Shown piece after piece: positions 8,968 to 16,790 of a stretch of 64,000 bases of DNA. Both the position numbers and the translations under genes were made by a program. Numbering within the stretch: the stretch's first letter is position 1; each line of letters starts with the position of its first letter. Source of the DNA: a virus; IMG/VR virus record IMGVR_UViG_3300044695_002580, positions 1-64,000 of that record; one strand, given 5' to 3'. The notes beneath the pieces are model-generated. The model was not told the DNA's origin. It searched no databases and was given only the letters and a program-made list of their open reading frames with translations.

Positions 8968-9314
8968 TTGATGCCCTTTTCACGCTTTAACTTAGCTAAA
9001 GCAGCCCCGCTTACTGGTCCACCAAGCGTATCTGGATTATCGGTAGCCTCTTTAACTGTTGTTCTTAAATTAACAACGTTCTTTGCGCCAGCAATACCCT
9101 GAGAAACCTCACGGTCATATCGTTGTGCAGCGGTCATGCGACCAGTGATGTGTCCCTCTTCGTGGAACTGTTCAACAGCTCTATCTTTCAATGCTTGCTT
9201 GCTTGTACCCTTTGCACGCCTCATTTCAGGAGCGTACTTAGCCTGCATCTTAGATTGCATCTCAGACCTAATATCTTCTTGGCTAAGTCCAAACTGGTCG
9301 CCATTATGATTCAT
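8964..9314 (-). CDS. hypothetical protein
   Basis: ORF in tightly packed string. Confidence 0.6.
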   Translation of the reverse strand: MNHNGDQFGLSQEDIRSEMQSKMQAKYAPEMRRAKGTSKQALKDRAVEQFHEEGHITGRMTAAQRYDREVSQGIAGAKNVVNLRTTVKEATDNPDTLGGPVSGAALAKLKREKGIK

Positions 9315-9316
9315 TA

Positions 9317-9541
9317 TTAGTCCTTATACTTATCTGGGATACCCCAAGCACCACCAGGTGCTGGACGTGTTACCTTTACATCTTCCATACCTCTGCCTCT
9401 TGCAGAGTTAACACTATCAGCAAGACGAGCACGTAGAGGCTCGCCCCAATGCTCTGCACCATTACCTTTTGTTCTAGGCTTTGAACCTGCAGGATGAACT
9501 CCTACTAACGCGCTAAACTGACCACCGTCTTGATAGTTCAT
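9317..9541 (-). CDS. hypothetical protein
   Basis: ORF with ATGA overlap. Confidence 0.55.
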   Translation of the reverse strand: MNYQDGGQFSALVGVHPAGSKPRTKGNGAEHWGEPLRARLADSVNSARGRGMEDVKVTRPAPGGAWGIPDKYKD

Positions 9542-9831
9542 TTCTCATTCTCTTTCTTGCCTGCACGGCGCTTGTTCTCTTTTGCTGTGTTCTTACTGCG
9601 AGAGATGGCTCGTAGGTTGCCCTTGGAGTCATTATTATGGTTGTTGTCCTTATGGTCAACCGTAATATCCTTAGACTTAATTTTACCGTTTTTAGACTCA
9701 TAGTCAGCGCGAGCCTTATTCTTTGATGTGGTTACCCACTTACCGCCAACCTTTTTCTTATAAACATAGATTGGACGTCCACCATTGGCGTCAGAACCCT
9801 TATAAGGGCCAAACTTCTTTGTCTCTGCCAT
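9538..9831 (-). CDS. HNH-like small nuclease-fold protein
   Basis: VDHKDNNHNNDSKGNLRAISRSKN HNH signature. Confidence 0.65.
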   Translation of the reverse strand: MAETKKFGPYKGSDANGGRPIYVYKKKVGGKWVTTSKNKARADYESKNGKIKSKDITVDHKDNNHNNDSKGNLRAISRSKNTAKENKRRAGKKENEK

Positions 9832-10103
9832 TAGCAGTCCCACGCTCTCAATGACTTGTTAATACGGCTATTAGGGTCTTTAGCGGTCTTAGCGCTAGTG
9901 TTGACCTTCTTCATACCTTCCATACGTGCACAGAATGATTTACGACGTGCAGCAGACTTAGGTGACTTCTTAGCCTGTTCTTTTTTAACAGGAGGTTTTA
10001 AATTAGAACCAGGGTTAGCCTTCTCATAAGACTTACGGCCCTTCTCATTAAGACCGCCTTTAGCGTTCTTACCCTCTTTGCGTGTCCATGCTTCTGATGC
10101 CAT
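9831..10103 (-). CDS. conserved basic phage protein
   Basis: GGLNEKGRKSY...RRKSFCARM...SRINKSLRAWDC motif widespread in phages. Confidence 0.65.
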   Translation of the reverse strand: MASEAWTRKEGKNAKGGLNEKGRKSYEKANPGSNLKPPVKKEQAKKSPKSAARRKSFCARMEGMKKVNTSAKTAKDPNSRINKSLRAWDC

Positions 10104-10303
10104 TAGTGTGGGTTCTCCTTATGCCAGTCTTTGACGGCCTTAACGCCTTGCTTAATTGTCTTAGACCCACCCTTTTTTGTCAGGTTAATCTTGTCATACT
10201 TACCAGCCTTGGCTTTAGCCTCGTGGTCAACTACAACATCACCCTTTTTATTCTTTTTAACGGTGTGTTTAATACCTTGTACTTTAATTGTCTTTTTTGG
10301 CAC
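10103..10303 (-). CDS. small basic hypothetical protein
   Basis: Probable GTG start (VPKKTIKV) within track ORF 10103..10375. Confidence 0.5.
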   Translation of the reverse strand: MPKKTIKVQGIKHTVKKNKKGDVVVDHEAKAKAGKYDKINLTKKGGSKTIKQGVKAVKDWHKENPH

Positions 10304-10466
10304 GTTCGCTACGTTCTCTCTGCTCTGGGGCGTTTGCACACCCATGTGCATCTTTATGAAACATTTGGTACTCACCCTTGCGTCGGGTGCCTACCTTAAG
10401 GGCGTCTTCTCTAATCTCTCTACCGCAGTTCTCGCAGGTAGGAAATTGACCGCCACTTCTTTTCAT
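10284..10466 (-). CDS. small Zn-finger-like protein
   Basis: CENC...H...C; TAATG coupling to upstream gene. Confidence 0.5.
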   Translation of the reverse strand: MKRSGGQFPTCENCGREIREDALKVGTRRKGEYQMFHKDAHGCANAPEQRERSERAKKDN

Positions 10467-10768
10467 TAGTACATAGCTCCATTGTTTCCCTGTCCTGGGA
10501 ACCAGTTGTCAAAGTTTTCTTTTCTTCCGCCGCCCTGTTGGCCGCCGCCCATTGATGAGGTTACAGCGTGACCAATCATAGCACCGCGTACCATTGGGTT
10601 CTTAGCAGCTTTACCTAACATTGGAAGAGCTCTCTTTGCACCAGCAGAAATTGCTGGACCAACTACGCGAGATGCACCACGTGCTAACGCTGGGCCTGCT
10701 ACACGTGCAATTGCGGGGCCTGCAACGCGTGCTGCTACTCCAATTAAAGGTGCGATGAATGCTGGCAT
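10466..10768 (-). CDS. Ala/Gly-rich protein with RVAGPA repeats
   Basis: ARVAGPAI/ARVAGPAL/SRVVGPAI internal repeats. Confidence 0.55.
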   Translation of the reverse strand: MPAFIAPLIGVAARVAGPAIARVAGPALARGASRVVGPAISAGAKRALPMLGKAAKNPMVRGAMIGHAVTSSMGGGQQGGGRKENFDNWFPGQGNNGAMY

Positions 10769-11025
10769 TATCGGGTTCTCCTATTCAATGAACGGTTAAG
10801 AATATCTTGTGCTTGTTCAGATACATTGTATCTTCCGTATGATGGACGTGGCCCATCAAACATCCCGTTGGTATTCCGACGAATATCATCAGTCTTTTGC
10901 TTTGCTTTCGACGAAGGAGTTTTTTTGGTCTTTACACCTTTTTTCACTGCCTTCTTTGGATAAGCCTCACCTAATGCACGCTCTGCACGGGAACGTCCTG
11001 TTGCTGGGTCTTTCACTTCTTCCAC
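10768..11025 (-). CDS. hypothetical protein
   Basis: ORF in gene string. Confidence 0.5.
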   Translation of the reverse strand: MEEVKDPATGRSRAERALGEAYPKKAVKKGVKTKKTPSSKAKQKTDDIRRNTNGMFDGPRPSYGRYNVSEQAQDILNRSLNRRTR

Positions 11026-11213
11026 CCCTTTGGTCGCTTGCCGTATTGATAGGTGTTGCCGTAATACTCTTCTGTGCTCATTGTTGTTGGAAGCTGGTTA
11101 CGTCGTGGGAGATGAACTGATAGGTCGCCAGTCTCACGCTCATACTTAATCTTCTTAGGCTTCTCATCGCCAAGAGTGCGGAACTCCTCGAATGGGTCTT
11201 CTGATGGATTCAT
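11013..11213 (-). CDS. hypothetical protein
   Basis: ORF in gene string. Confidence 0.5.
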   Translation of the reverse strand: MNPSEDPFEEFRTLGDEKPKKIKYERETGDLSVHLPRRNQLPTTMSTEEYYGNTYQYGKRPKGWKK

Positions 11214-11295
11214 GGTCGGTTACGCTCGCAGATACAGTTGCAGTCATCAACATCACAGATTCCATAACGAATCTCATGGTCGCACTTGTAACACA

Positions 11296-11523
11296 TTATT
11301 CTGTCAATCCTAGAAATTGCATACCCTTTGTTAATCTTTGACCAAGTGTAGGTTTTGGATTGGCGATTGCCATCGCTTCATTATCGTGCTTAATTGTTGA
11401 TGGTAGGTCCATACGTGATGCACGACGGGATAAGGTCTTTGGAAAACCTTCGGCTCTGTTAGCCGCATAGGTATCTAGATGGTAGAGACGAGCCTCATCA
11501 AACTTTTGATTACGGTTTTCCAT
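11296..11523 (-). CDS. hypothetical protein
   Basis: ORF in gene string. Confidence 0.5.
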   Translation of the reverse strand: MENRNQKFDEARLYHLDTYAANRAEGFPKTLSRRASRMDLPSTIKHDNEAMAIANPKPTLGQRLTKGMQFLGLTE

Positions 11524-11525
11524 GT

Positions 11526-11753
11526 CTAAAGTCTAGTCTTATTGTGGTGGTAATACTCAATAAAAGCTAAGGTGAGCATATCCACCAATTGAGGTGAGTC
11601 TTTGTGCTTCTCTTGGAAATGGGCTTTCCATGCAACCGCGTTGAATTTACTCGAACCACATCCATTGTGAATATCTGTAAATACAACGCGTGCAAATTTG
11701 GAGGTACGTCCCTGATAATCCAGGGACTCCTCAAGAAAGTCGTAGAAGCTCAC
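11526..11753 (-). CDS. possible YozE/SAM-like protein
   Basis: (M)SFYDFL...KFARVVFTD resembles the YozE N-terminus; GTG start at 11753. Confidence 0.35.
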   Translation of the reverse strand: MSFYDFLEESLDYQGRTSKFARVVFTDIHNGCGSSKFNAVAWKAHFQEKHKDSPQLVDMLTLAFIEYYHHNKTRL

Positions 11754-11871
11754 CGACGTATAATGACACAAAAAGCTACTGTCTAGACAGGTGAATCTAA
11801 AATTTCATCAACGGCGTCATCAATAGTACGGCCACCGTGCTCTGTAGCACAATCACCGCAGTTCTTGCACA

Positions 11872-12141
11872 TTAGCGACGCTTAGTTGATTTCTTAGCTG
11901 TCTTCTTGACAGCCTTTTTAGCAGTCTTCTTTACCGCCTTCTTGGCAGTCTTCTTGACTGGCTTCTTAGCAGTTTTCTTAGCGGCCTTCTTAGCCGCCTT
12001 CTTGCGTGCCTTAGGCTTCAAGATTTCATCCAACTCTTCTTCCCACACCTGTGCACCAGTTGTGAGGAACTTATCATCACGAAGAGCCTTGCCGACGATA
12101 GCTACGATAATTGCGAATACAACGATAATTAAAATTTCCAT
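11872..12141 (-). CDS. membrane-anchored protein with histone-H1-like KKTAKK tail
   Basis: N-terminal TM, C-terminal AKKAAKKTAKK repeats; leaderless TATGAT-6nt-ATG. Confidence 0.7.
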   Translation of the reverse strand: MEILIIVVFAIIVAIVGKALRDDKFLTTGAQVWEEELDEILKPKARKKAAKKAAKKTAKKPVKKTAKKAVKKTAKKAVKKTAKKSTKRR

Positions 12142-12247
12142 AACCCAATCATAGGGCTACTGCCTTCCCAAATCAAGCTCTACCTGCATATGAAGCCTGG
12201 CTACCCTAACCCTCAACTTGAGGTTTAACCCTGGGGGGGTGTCCAAT

Positions 12248-12334
12248 CCTGAGAGCCTCGGCGTGTCGCCTTTCCTGTGAGTTTCTAGGTTGTCGGCGTG
12301 TCGTGTAGGTGGGTGGGTGGCTATCTAGTAGCCT
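12248..12334 (+). promoter_or_regulatory. early-type promoter cassette P1
   Basis: CCTGAGAG 12248 + GGCGTGTCG 12260; CCTGTGAG 12274 + GGCGTGTCG 12295; -10 TAGCCT 12329. Confidence 0.75.
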
Positions 12335-12373
12335 TATCCCACGCCACCAGATAGGGGGCAAAAAGGGGGAATA

Positions 12374-12670
12374 ATGAAAACTATCAACCAAAAGCAAGCG
12401 GTTCAGGCTATCGCTAACCTAGAACCTTTCAAGGCGGGCTCACTCACAGGTGAGTGGGTTCGTGTCTCATTCTACTCAGGCAGACTCAGCGTGAGCCACC
12501 CTGAGTTAGCCAATCTATGCGAGACACTCAACAAGGGCGAAAGCGCCTATGTCGTGTTCTCATACTTTACGCCTATCGCATACGCCACAGAAAAGTGGCA
12601 CACAGTAACCGAAAAGTTCTCACCTACAACATCACGCCATCAATCCATAGTTAGAAAGGCGGTCGCATAA
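12374..12670 (+). CDS. hypothetical early protein
   Basis: SD GGGGGA; YVVFSYFTPIA...FSPTTSRHQ motif common in phage early genes. Confidence 0.7.
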   Translation: MKTINQKQAVQAIANLEPFKAGSLTGEWVRVSFYSGRLSVSHPELANLCETLNKGESAYVVFSYFTPIAYATEKWHTVTEKFSPTTSRHQSIVRKAVA

Positions 12671-12945
12671 TGGAAATGGAAAAGGCAAAAGTTCATCAGT
12701 TCTTGCGCTCTCTCAATGGCAAGTTCTTCACAGTGGAATTCATCAAGCGCACGACGGGGGAGGTTCGCGTAATGCGAGCCACCACCAACTACGAAAGCAA
12801 GTTAGCGGGAGGGGACTTAGGTTACGACGCTAACGAAAAGGCTCTCATTCCAGTATGGGACTTAGAAAAGAAAGCTTTCCGCTCAATCCCAACGGACGCG
12901 GTAGTTCGTATAGTAGCCCTAGGGAATACATACGAAATCAAGTAG
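12670..12945 (+). CDS. WYL-like/SH3 beta-barrel protein
   Basis: FTVEFIKRTTGEVRVM...VWDLEKKAFRSI pattern. Confidence 0.6.
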   Translation: MEMEKAKVHQFLRSLNGKFFTVEFIKRTTGEVRVMRATTNYESKLAGGDLGYDANEKALIPVWDLEKKAFRSIPTDAVVRIVALGNTYEIK

Positions 12946-12950
12946 GACAA

Positions 12951-12976
12951 GAGGCGCGGACTTCCCCCCGCGCCTC
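12951..12976 (+). terminator. 3' hairpin with pyrimidine (anti-SD) loop
   Basis: GAGGCGCGG/CCGCGCCTC stem, loop ACTTCCCC. Confidence 0.6.
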
Positions 12977-13073
12977 TCTCGATTCCCCGTAGGGGAATGG
13001 GGAGGGTGGGCCAACACAAACATAAGAACGGCATAGGGACTGGCAAAGGAACCCCAGGAATAATAAAGAGAAT

Positions 13074-13189
13074 TCTGTGAGTCGGGCGTGTCGGCTTGAC
13101 ACCCCACGCGGTCGGGCGTGTTGCCAATCCTGTGAGTTTTTAGACTTTCGGCGTGTCGCATTGTATCTATCAGGGCTATCAACTAGATT
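13074..13189 (+). promoter_or_regulatory. early-type promoter cassette P2
   Basis: TCTGTGAG 13074 + GGCGTGTCG 13085; GGCGTGTTG 13115; CCTGTGAG 13129 + GGCGTGTCG 13150; TTGTAT-17-TAGATT. Confidence 0.8.
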
Positions 13190-13219
13190 TATCTTATGAA
13201 CAGAGGGGGGGTGATTATT

Positions 13220-13522
13220 ATGGAAAACACAGAAAGCACTACCGCTATCGCGGAAATGTGGCAAGGTAGCGATGTTACTCGCCTAGTAGGCGCTAACGCA
13301 ACACTAACCAATGTCCGCACTGGTAGCACTATCACGGGGCGTATTACAAGCGCGAAGGTCAGCACTATCGCTAAGGACTCTGACCTTTATGTCGAAGGTC
13401 TATCTTTCGTCAGCGAAGTCAAGGTCGAAGGTATCTACGGGTCATTAGACCTAGCGACACCATTCATCAGCGACTGGGCACGCAAGTCGTATGACCACTG
13501 GCTAATCAACATTCAGGCGTAA
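13220..13522 (+). CDS. hypothetical early protein
   Basis: SD GGGGGTGA upstream of ATG 13220. Confidence 0.65.
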   Translation: MENTESTTAIAEMWQGSDVTRLVGANATLTNVRTGSTITGRITSAKVSTIAKDSDLYVEGLSFVSEVKVEGIYGSLDLATPFISDWARKSYDHWLINIQA

Positions 13523-13529
13523 GCCGCAA

Positions 13530-13556
13530 GGGGCAGGTGCTTCCCCCACCTGCCCC
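13530..13556 (+). terminator. intergenic hairpin
   Basis: GGGGCAGGTG/CACCTGCCCC stem, loop CTTCCCC. Confidence 0.55.
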
Positions 13557-13591
13557 ACTAATAACACTACTAGGGGAAAGGGGGGGACATC

Positions 13592-13753
13592 ATGGAAGTA
13601 GACCCACGCTATGCGATGGCTCAAGTCTATAAAGCTTTACGCGGTAAAGCAGAATTGACTGACCAGTTCACTGATGAAGTGAACAATTGCAACGGCCCAG
13701 CCGATGCATTCAAAATCTGCATGAAGTACCTATCGTTAGCAAACGCTTCATAG
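13592..13753 (+). CDS. small hypothetical protein (53 aa)
   Basis: Manual ORF MEVDPRYAMAQVYKAL... with strong G-rich SD. Confidence 0.6.
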   Translation: MEVDPRYAMAQVYKALRGKAELTDQFTDEVNNCNGPADAFKICMKYLSLANAS

Positions 13754-13759
13754 GTTGTT

Positions 13760-13787
13760 CAGCCCCGCGGCCGTTCCCGCGGGGCTG
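13760..13787 (+). terminator. GC-rich hairpin
   Basis: CAGCCCCGCGG/CCGCGGGGCTG. Confidence 0.55.
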
Positions 13788-13851
13788 GCGCAGTTTGTGT
13801 TGGCCCGCCCACCCCGTTCTATATTTATATAGGGAGTTAGGGAAAGAGAAT

Positions 13852-13912
13852 CCTGTGAGTTTCTCAGGATTCGGCGTGTCGCATTGATTGCTATCTACGC
13901 ATAGTTTAGAGT
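13852..13912 (+). promoter_or_regulatory. early-type promoter cassette P3
   Basis: CCTGTGAG 13852 + GGCGTGTCG 13873; TTGATT-17-TAGAGT. Confidence 0.8.
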
Positions 13913-13949
13913 TCCACTAGTAGCCAAGGGGGCTACGGGAAAGGGATAT

Positions 13950-14204
13950 ATGTCAGAAAAGTACTATTCTACTGGTAGGGATTTAACTATCTCAATGGTA
14001 GAAATCAAGGCTAACTCAATTGAGGAAGCCGAAGCGGTTATGCAACGATTCATAGATGTAATTAGTGAAGTTATGAAGGACGATGTACGCTGGGATGAAG
14101 CGGACTGGTCCATTCAAGAAAATACATTAACGGCAGAAGGTATCTACGAAGTTACCGACGAGTATGACTACCATAAGGGTCATAGAATAATTGAGGTGGC
14201 ATAA
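13950..14204 (+). CDS. acidic hypothetical early protein
   Basis: SD AAGGGA; VEIKANSIEEAE motif. Confidence 0.65.
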   Translation: MSEKYYSTGRDLTISMVEIKANSIEEAEAVMQRFIDVISEVMKDDVRWDEADWSIQENTLTAEGIYEVTDEYDYHKGHRIIEVA

Positions 14205-14350
14205 TGTGTTTTAAATGTGGGACTACGCAAGACGGTAATATTGTGCACAGTGGGACCGACGCATTCTGCCTCGGGGTAATCGAACACGTAGGGCGCATAT
14301 GCTATGACTGCGCTAATAAGGTTAACAAGAAGGAGCAGGTAAATGCCTAA
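14204..14350 (+). CDS. small Zn-finger protein (48 aa)
   Basis: Manual ORF MCFKC...ICYDCAN; TAATG coupling. Confidence 0.55.
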   Translation: MCFKCGTTQDGNIVHSGTDAFCLGVIEHVGRICYDCANKVNKKEQVNA

Positions 14351-14540
14351 TGAAATCATCTTCTACAACGGTTTCAACCTACTCGTGGATATCATCATCG
14401 CGGTCACCGTTGGATTCTTTGCCTACAGGTCAGGTAAAGCTTCAGGTTATATCCAAGGTTACGGTGAAGGTGAAGAAGACTATCGTGACAGTCTCGAACG
14501 ATACGCCGACTACGCGTACGAGGCCAGCCGCGAGCGCTAA
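14343..14540 (+). CDS. small single-TM protein
   Basis: SD AAGGAG; hydrophobic helix followed by GYIQGYGEG. Confidence 0.6.
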   Translation: MPNEIIFYNGFNLLVDIIIAVTVGFFAYRSGKASGYIQGYGEGEEDYRDSLERYADYAYEASRER

Positions 14541-14610
14541 CAAGTTTCTCGTAGACGTGGTTCCAGACTAGGACGTCCGCCACTTATACGTGAATGCATA
14601 ACCCCCTCAG

Positions 14611-14643
14611 GGCCCCAGTGGATATCCCTTCCCCACTGGGGCC
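14611..14643 (+). terminator. intrinsic terminator with anti-SD loop
   Basis: 11-bp GC stem, loop ATATCCCTTCC, followed by TTTT. Confidence 0.7.
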
Positions 14644-14669
14644 TTTTGCTTGCCCTATTAAACGAGAAT

Positions 14670-14751
14670 GTTTGTGTTGGGGCTTATGGGCGTGTGTGTA
14701 TAAACATTTCGATATATATCTTCATATACACACATAAGCCCCAACACAAAC
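14670..14751. repeat. GTTTGTGTTGG-bounded long hairpin, copy A1
   Basis: 19-bp perfect inverted repeat plus inner 8-bp stem. Confidence 0.85.
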
Positions 14752-14755
14752 CTTT

Positions 14756-14848
14756 CCTGAGAGTCGGGCGTGTCGCCCTGGTGCAATCCTGTGAATAATA
14801 AGACTATCGGCGTGTCGCTGATAAGGCTGAGAGATAAGAGTCTAGTAT
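14756..14848 (+). promoter_or_regulatory. early-type promoter cassette P4
   Basis: CCTGAGAG 14756 + GGCGTGTCG 14767; CCTGTGAA 14788 + GGCGTGTCG 14809; -10 TAGTAT 14843. Confidence 0.8.
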
Positions 14849-14893
14849 TAGGGCACGCGAGACGGTCTCGCGAATTGAAGGGGGGTGTGCCTT

Positions 14894-15901
14894 ATGGCGC
14901 ACGACTTGGAAATGGAGAACGGCGAGGTTGCCTTCGCGCTACGCGGGGCACCCGCTTGGCACGGTCTAGCAAACCGCACATTCTCCGCTGATGAGCATGT
15001 CTCAACTGCAGACATGCTCTCTGCTGCAAAACTAGACGGATGGAATGTCCGCCTAGAGGATGCGATTTATCCTGAAGGATACCGCACCAACTCTGACCTA
15101 TTCATGGTCACACGCACCAATCCATTCGATGCGGGCACTGACGTGCTTGCAATCGTCGGTAAGCGTTACCGCGTATTCCAAAACGAGGATTTATTCACCT
15201 TCGGTGATAACATCCTAGACGGTGGCGCATCATGGGAGTCTGCTGGCTCCATTAAAAACGGCAAGGTAGTCTTTGGCTCCCTAGTCGTACCTCGCGAGTT
15301 CATTCTCGACCCTAACGGCGCTGCTGATAAGACTACTACTTATCTGCTCGTTCATACATCACACGATGGCTCTGCATCAGTTCAAGCATCCATTACTCCA
15401 GTTCGCGTGGTCTGCCAAAACACGCTCCATGTCGCACTGAATAACACCAAGAGTTCATTCAAGTTGCGCCATACTCTCAAGGTAGAGGGTCGCGTTGCTG
15501 AGGCTCGCATGGCTCTTGGTCTCACCTTCAATTACATGGATGAATTCGAATCCATCGCTAAGTCTCTCTTTGAGACTCCAATGAACGCCGTTCAATGGGA
15601 TAAGTTGATTAACACAATTTACCCTAAGCCTGATGCTAACCAAGCGCCACAAGTGAGCACCAAGTGGCAGGCTAAGCGCGACCTACTGGATGATATTTAC
15701 TTCCAGTCTCCAACCCAGACCAACATCAAGGGCAATTACTGGGGCGCCCTCAATGCACTCACTGAGCGCATCGATTACTTCCGCACTGGTCGCACCGCCA
15801 ATGGCGAGGCGCTCATCGGAGCAGCCAGTGGGTTCGACCCAGTGGTCAATGCGGAAAAGTCCCGCATCCTCCGCGCCGTCCGCGAGTTAGCGAGCGCGTA
15901 A
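14894..15901 (+). CDS. DUF932/TIGR03299-family phage-plasmid protein
   Basis: MAH...PAWHGL, QNEDLF, ESAGSI, SHDGS, TPVRVVCQNTL, WGALNALTE motifs. Confidence 0.85.
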   Translation: MAHDLEMENGEVAFALRGAPAWHGLANRTFSADEHVSTADMLSAAKLDGWNVRLEDAIYPEGYRTNSDLFMVTRTNPFDAGTDVLAIVGKRYRVFQNEDLFTFGDNILDGGASWESAGSIKNGKVVFGSLVVPREFILDPNGAADKTTTYLLVHTSHDGSASVQASITPVRVVCQNTLHVALNNTKSSFKLRHTLKVEGRVAEARMALGLTFNYMDEFESIAKSLFETPMNAVQWDKLINTIYPKPDANQAPQVSTKWQAKRDLLDDIYFQSPTQTNIKGNYWGALNALTERIDYFRTGRTANGEALIGAASGFDPVVNAEKSRILRAVRELASA

Positions 15902-15908
15902 GCCTACT

Positions 15909-15936
15909 AAGCCCCCCGCATCCAGCGGGGGGCTTT
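15909..15936 (+). terminator. intrinsic terminator
   Basis: AAGCCCCCCGC/GCGGGGGGCTT followed by T. Confidence 0.65.
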
Positions 15937-15957
15937 GGCATGCTCAAAAGAAGCTGA

Positions 15958-15978
15958 TTATCCACAGCCTGTGGATAA
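15958..15978. promoter_or_regulatory. inverted pair of perfect DnaA boxes
   Basis: TTATCCACA-GCC-TGTGGATAA. Confidence 0.75.
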
Positions 15979-15980
15979 GT

Positions 15981-16070
15981 GTTTGTGTTGGGGGCTTACT
16001 GAACAGATACTAATACAAGGTATAGGTAGCGTTCATAACAGCACCTATACAGTAAGCCCCCAACACAAAC
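15981..16070. repeat. GTTTGTGTTGG-bounded long hairpin, copy A2
   Basis: 20-21-bp perfect inverted repeat, inner GTATAGGT/ACCTATAC stem. Confidence 0.85.
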
Positions 16071-16080
16071 CTTAGAGTCG

Positions 16081-16174
16081 GGCGTGTCTGAGAGTGTGGC
16101 GTGTCTGCTTTCCTGTGAGTTTTAGAGATTATGGGCGTGTCGTGAAAGAGATAGCAGACCCCTATGGTTAGATA
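16081..16174 (+). promoter_or_regulatory. early-type promoter cassette P5
   Basis: GGCGTGTCT at 16081 and 16098; CCTGTGAG 16112 + GGCGTGTCG 16134; -10 ambiguous. Confidence 0.7.
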
Positions 16175-16248
16175 CTCGTAGTGGAAATACCACTATTAGA
16201 GAGAAGGAGAAATCCAATGCTTGATAACCCAATCAAGGAACGACTCTA

Positions 16249-16710
16249 ATGATGAAGGGGGGTGATACTATCTTTACACGCAACAACGCTCAACTCATTG
16301 AGCAACAAGCCGTTCGCAACCCTATGGTTGATGGACAATACTTTACCAACATGACCGAACTACTTTGGTCTGATGGGACTATTACATTCGGTTGCCTCAA
16401 GTGTGGCGAACAAACCGAAAGCCGACCACAACTATCTATCCATGTGGGCAAGGCACACAATCCAAAGCCTGCTAAGACTACTAAGACTATTAAGTATAAA
16501 GCGGTCAAGGCAACAGGCACACGACCATACACCAAGCGCAACAAGGAATACTGGGCAAATGGTGGCAACATCAACCAAAATCGTAGAACAACAACCGACT
16601 CTACTCTAGCCGATAAGGAACTAGAGTTTTGGAAGGCGCAAGCGCACCGAGCAGAGGCTGAACTCCGCAAGGTAAAAGCGCAACTAAAAGCCCTACTAGA
16701 CATAAAGTAG
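16249..16710 (+). CDS. C2H2 zinc-finger protein with C-terminal coiled coil
   Basis: C-x2-C-x12-H-x4-H (CLKCGEQTESRPQLSIHVGKAH); start could be ATG 16249 or ATC 16270. Confidence 0.65.
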   Translation: MMKGGDTIFTRNNAQLIEQQAVRNPMVDGQYFTNMTELLWSDGTITFGCLKCGEQTESRPQLSIHVGKAHNPKPAKTTKTIKYKAVKATGTRPYTKRNKEYWANGGNINQNRRTTTDSTLADKELEFWKAQAHRAEAELRKVKAQLKALLDIK

Positions 16711-16790
16711 GCAGGGTTTCTCACCCCCCGTGAGATAGCACCTGAGCAAGTGGCTAAAAGGCTCACCACCAACTAACGAAGGGTAAGAAA

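Noticed and set aside
12190-12247. Physical genome end or packaging site at the strand switch (G-run and short palindromes)
   Set aside because: Plausible from position but cannot be supported without read-end data; no terminase gene in the window.
15909-15936. Anti-SD pairing for the DUF932 unit
   Set aside because: The C-run is buried in the terminator stem and the loop (ATCCA) does not match, so this unit is not counted as an example.
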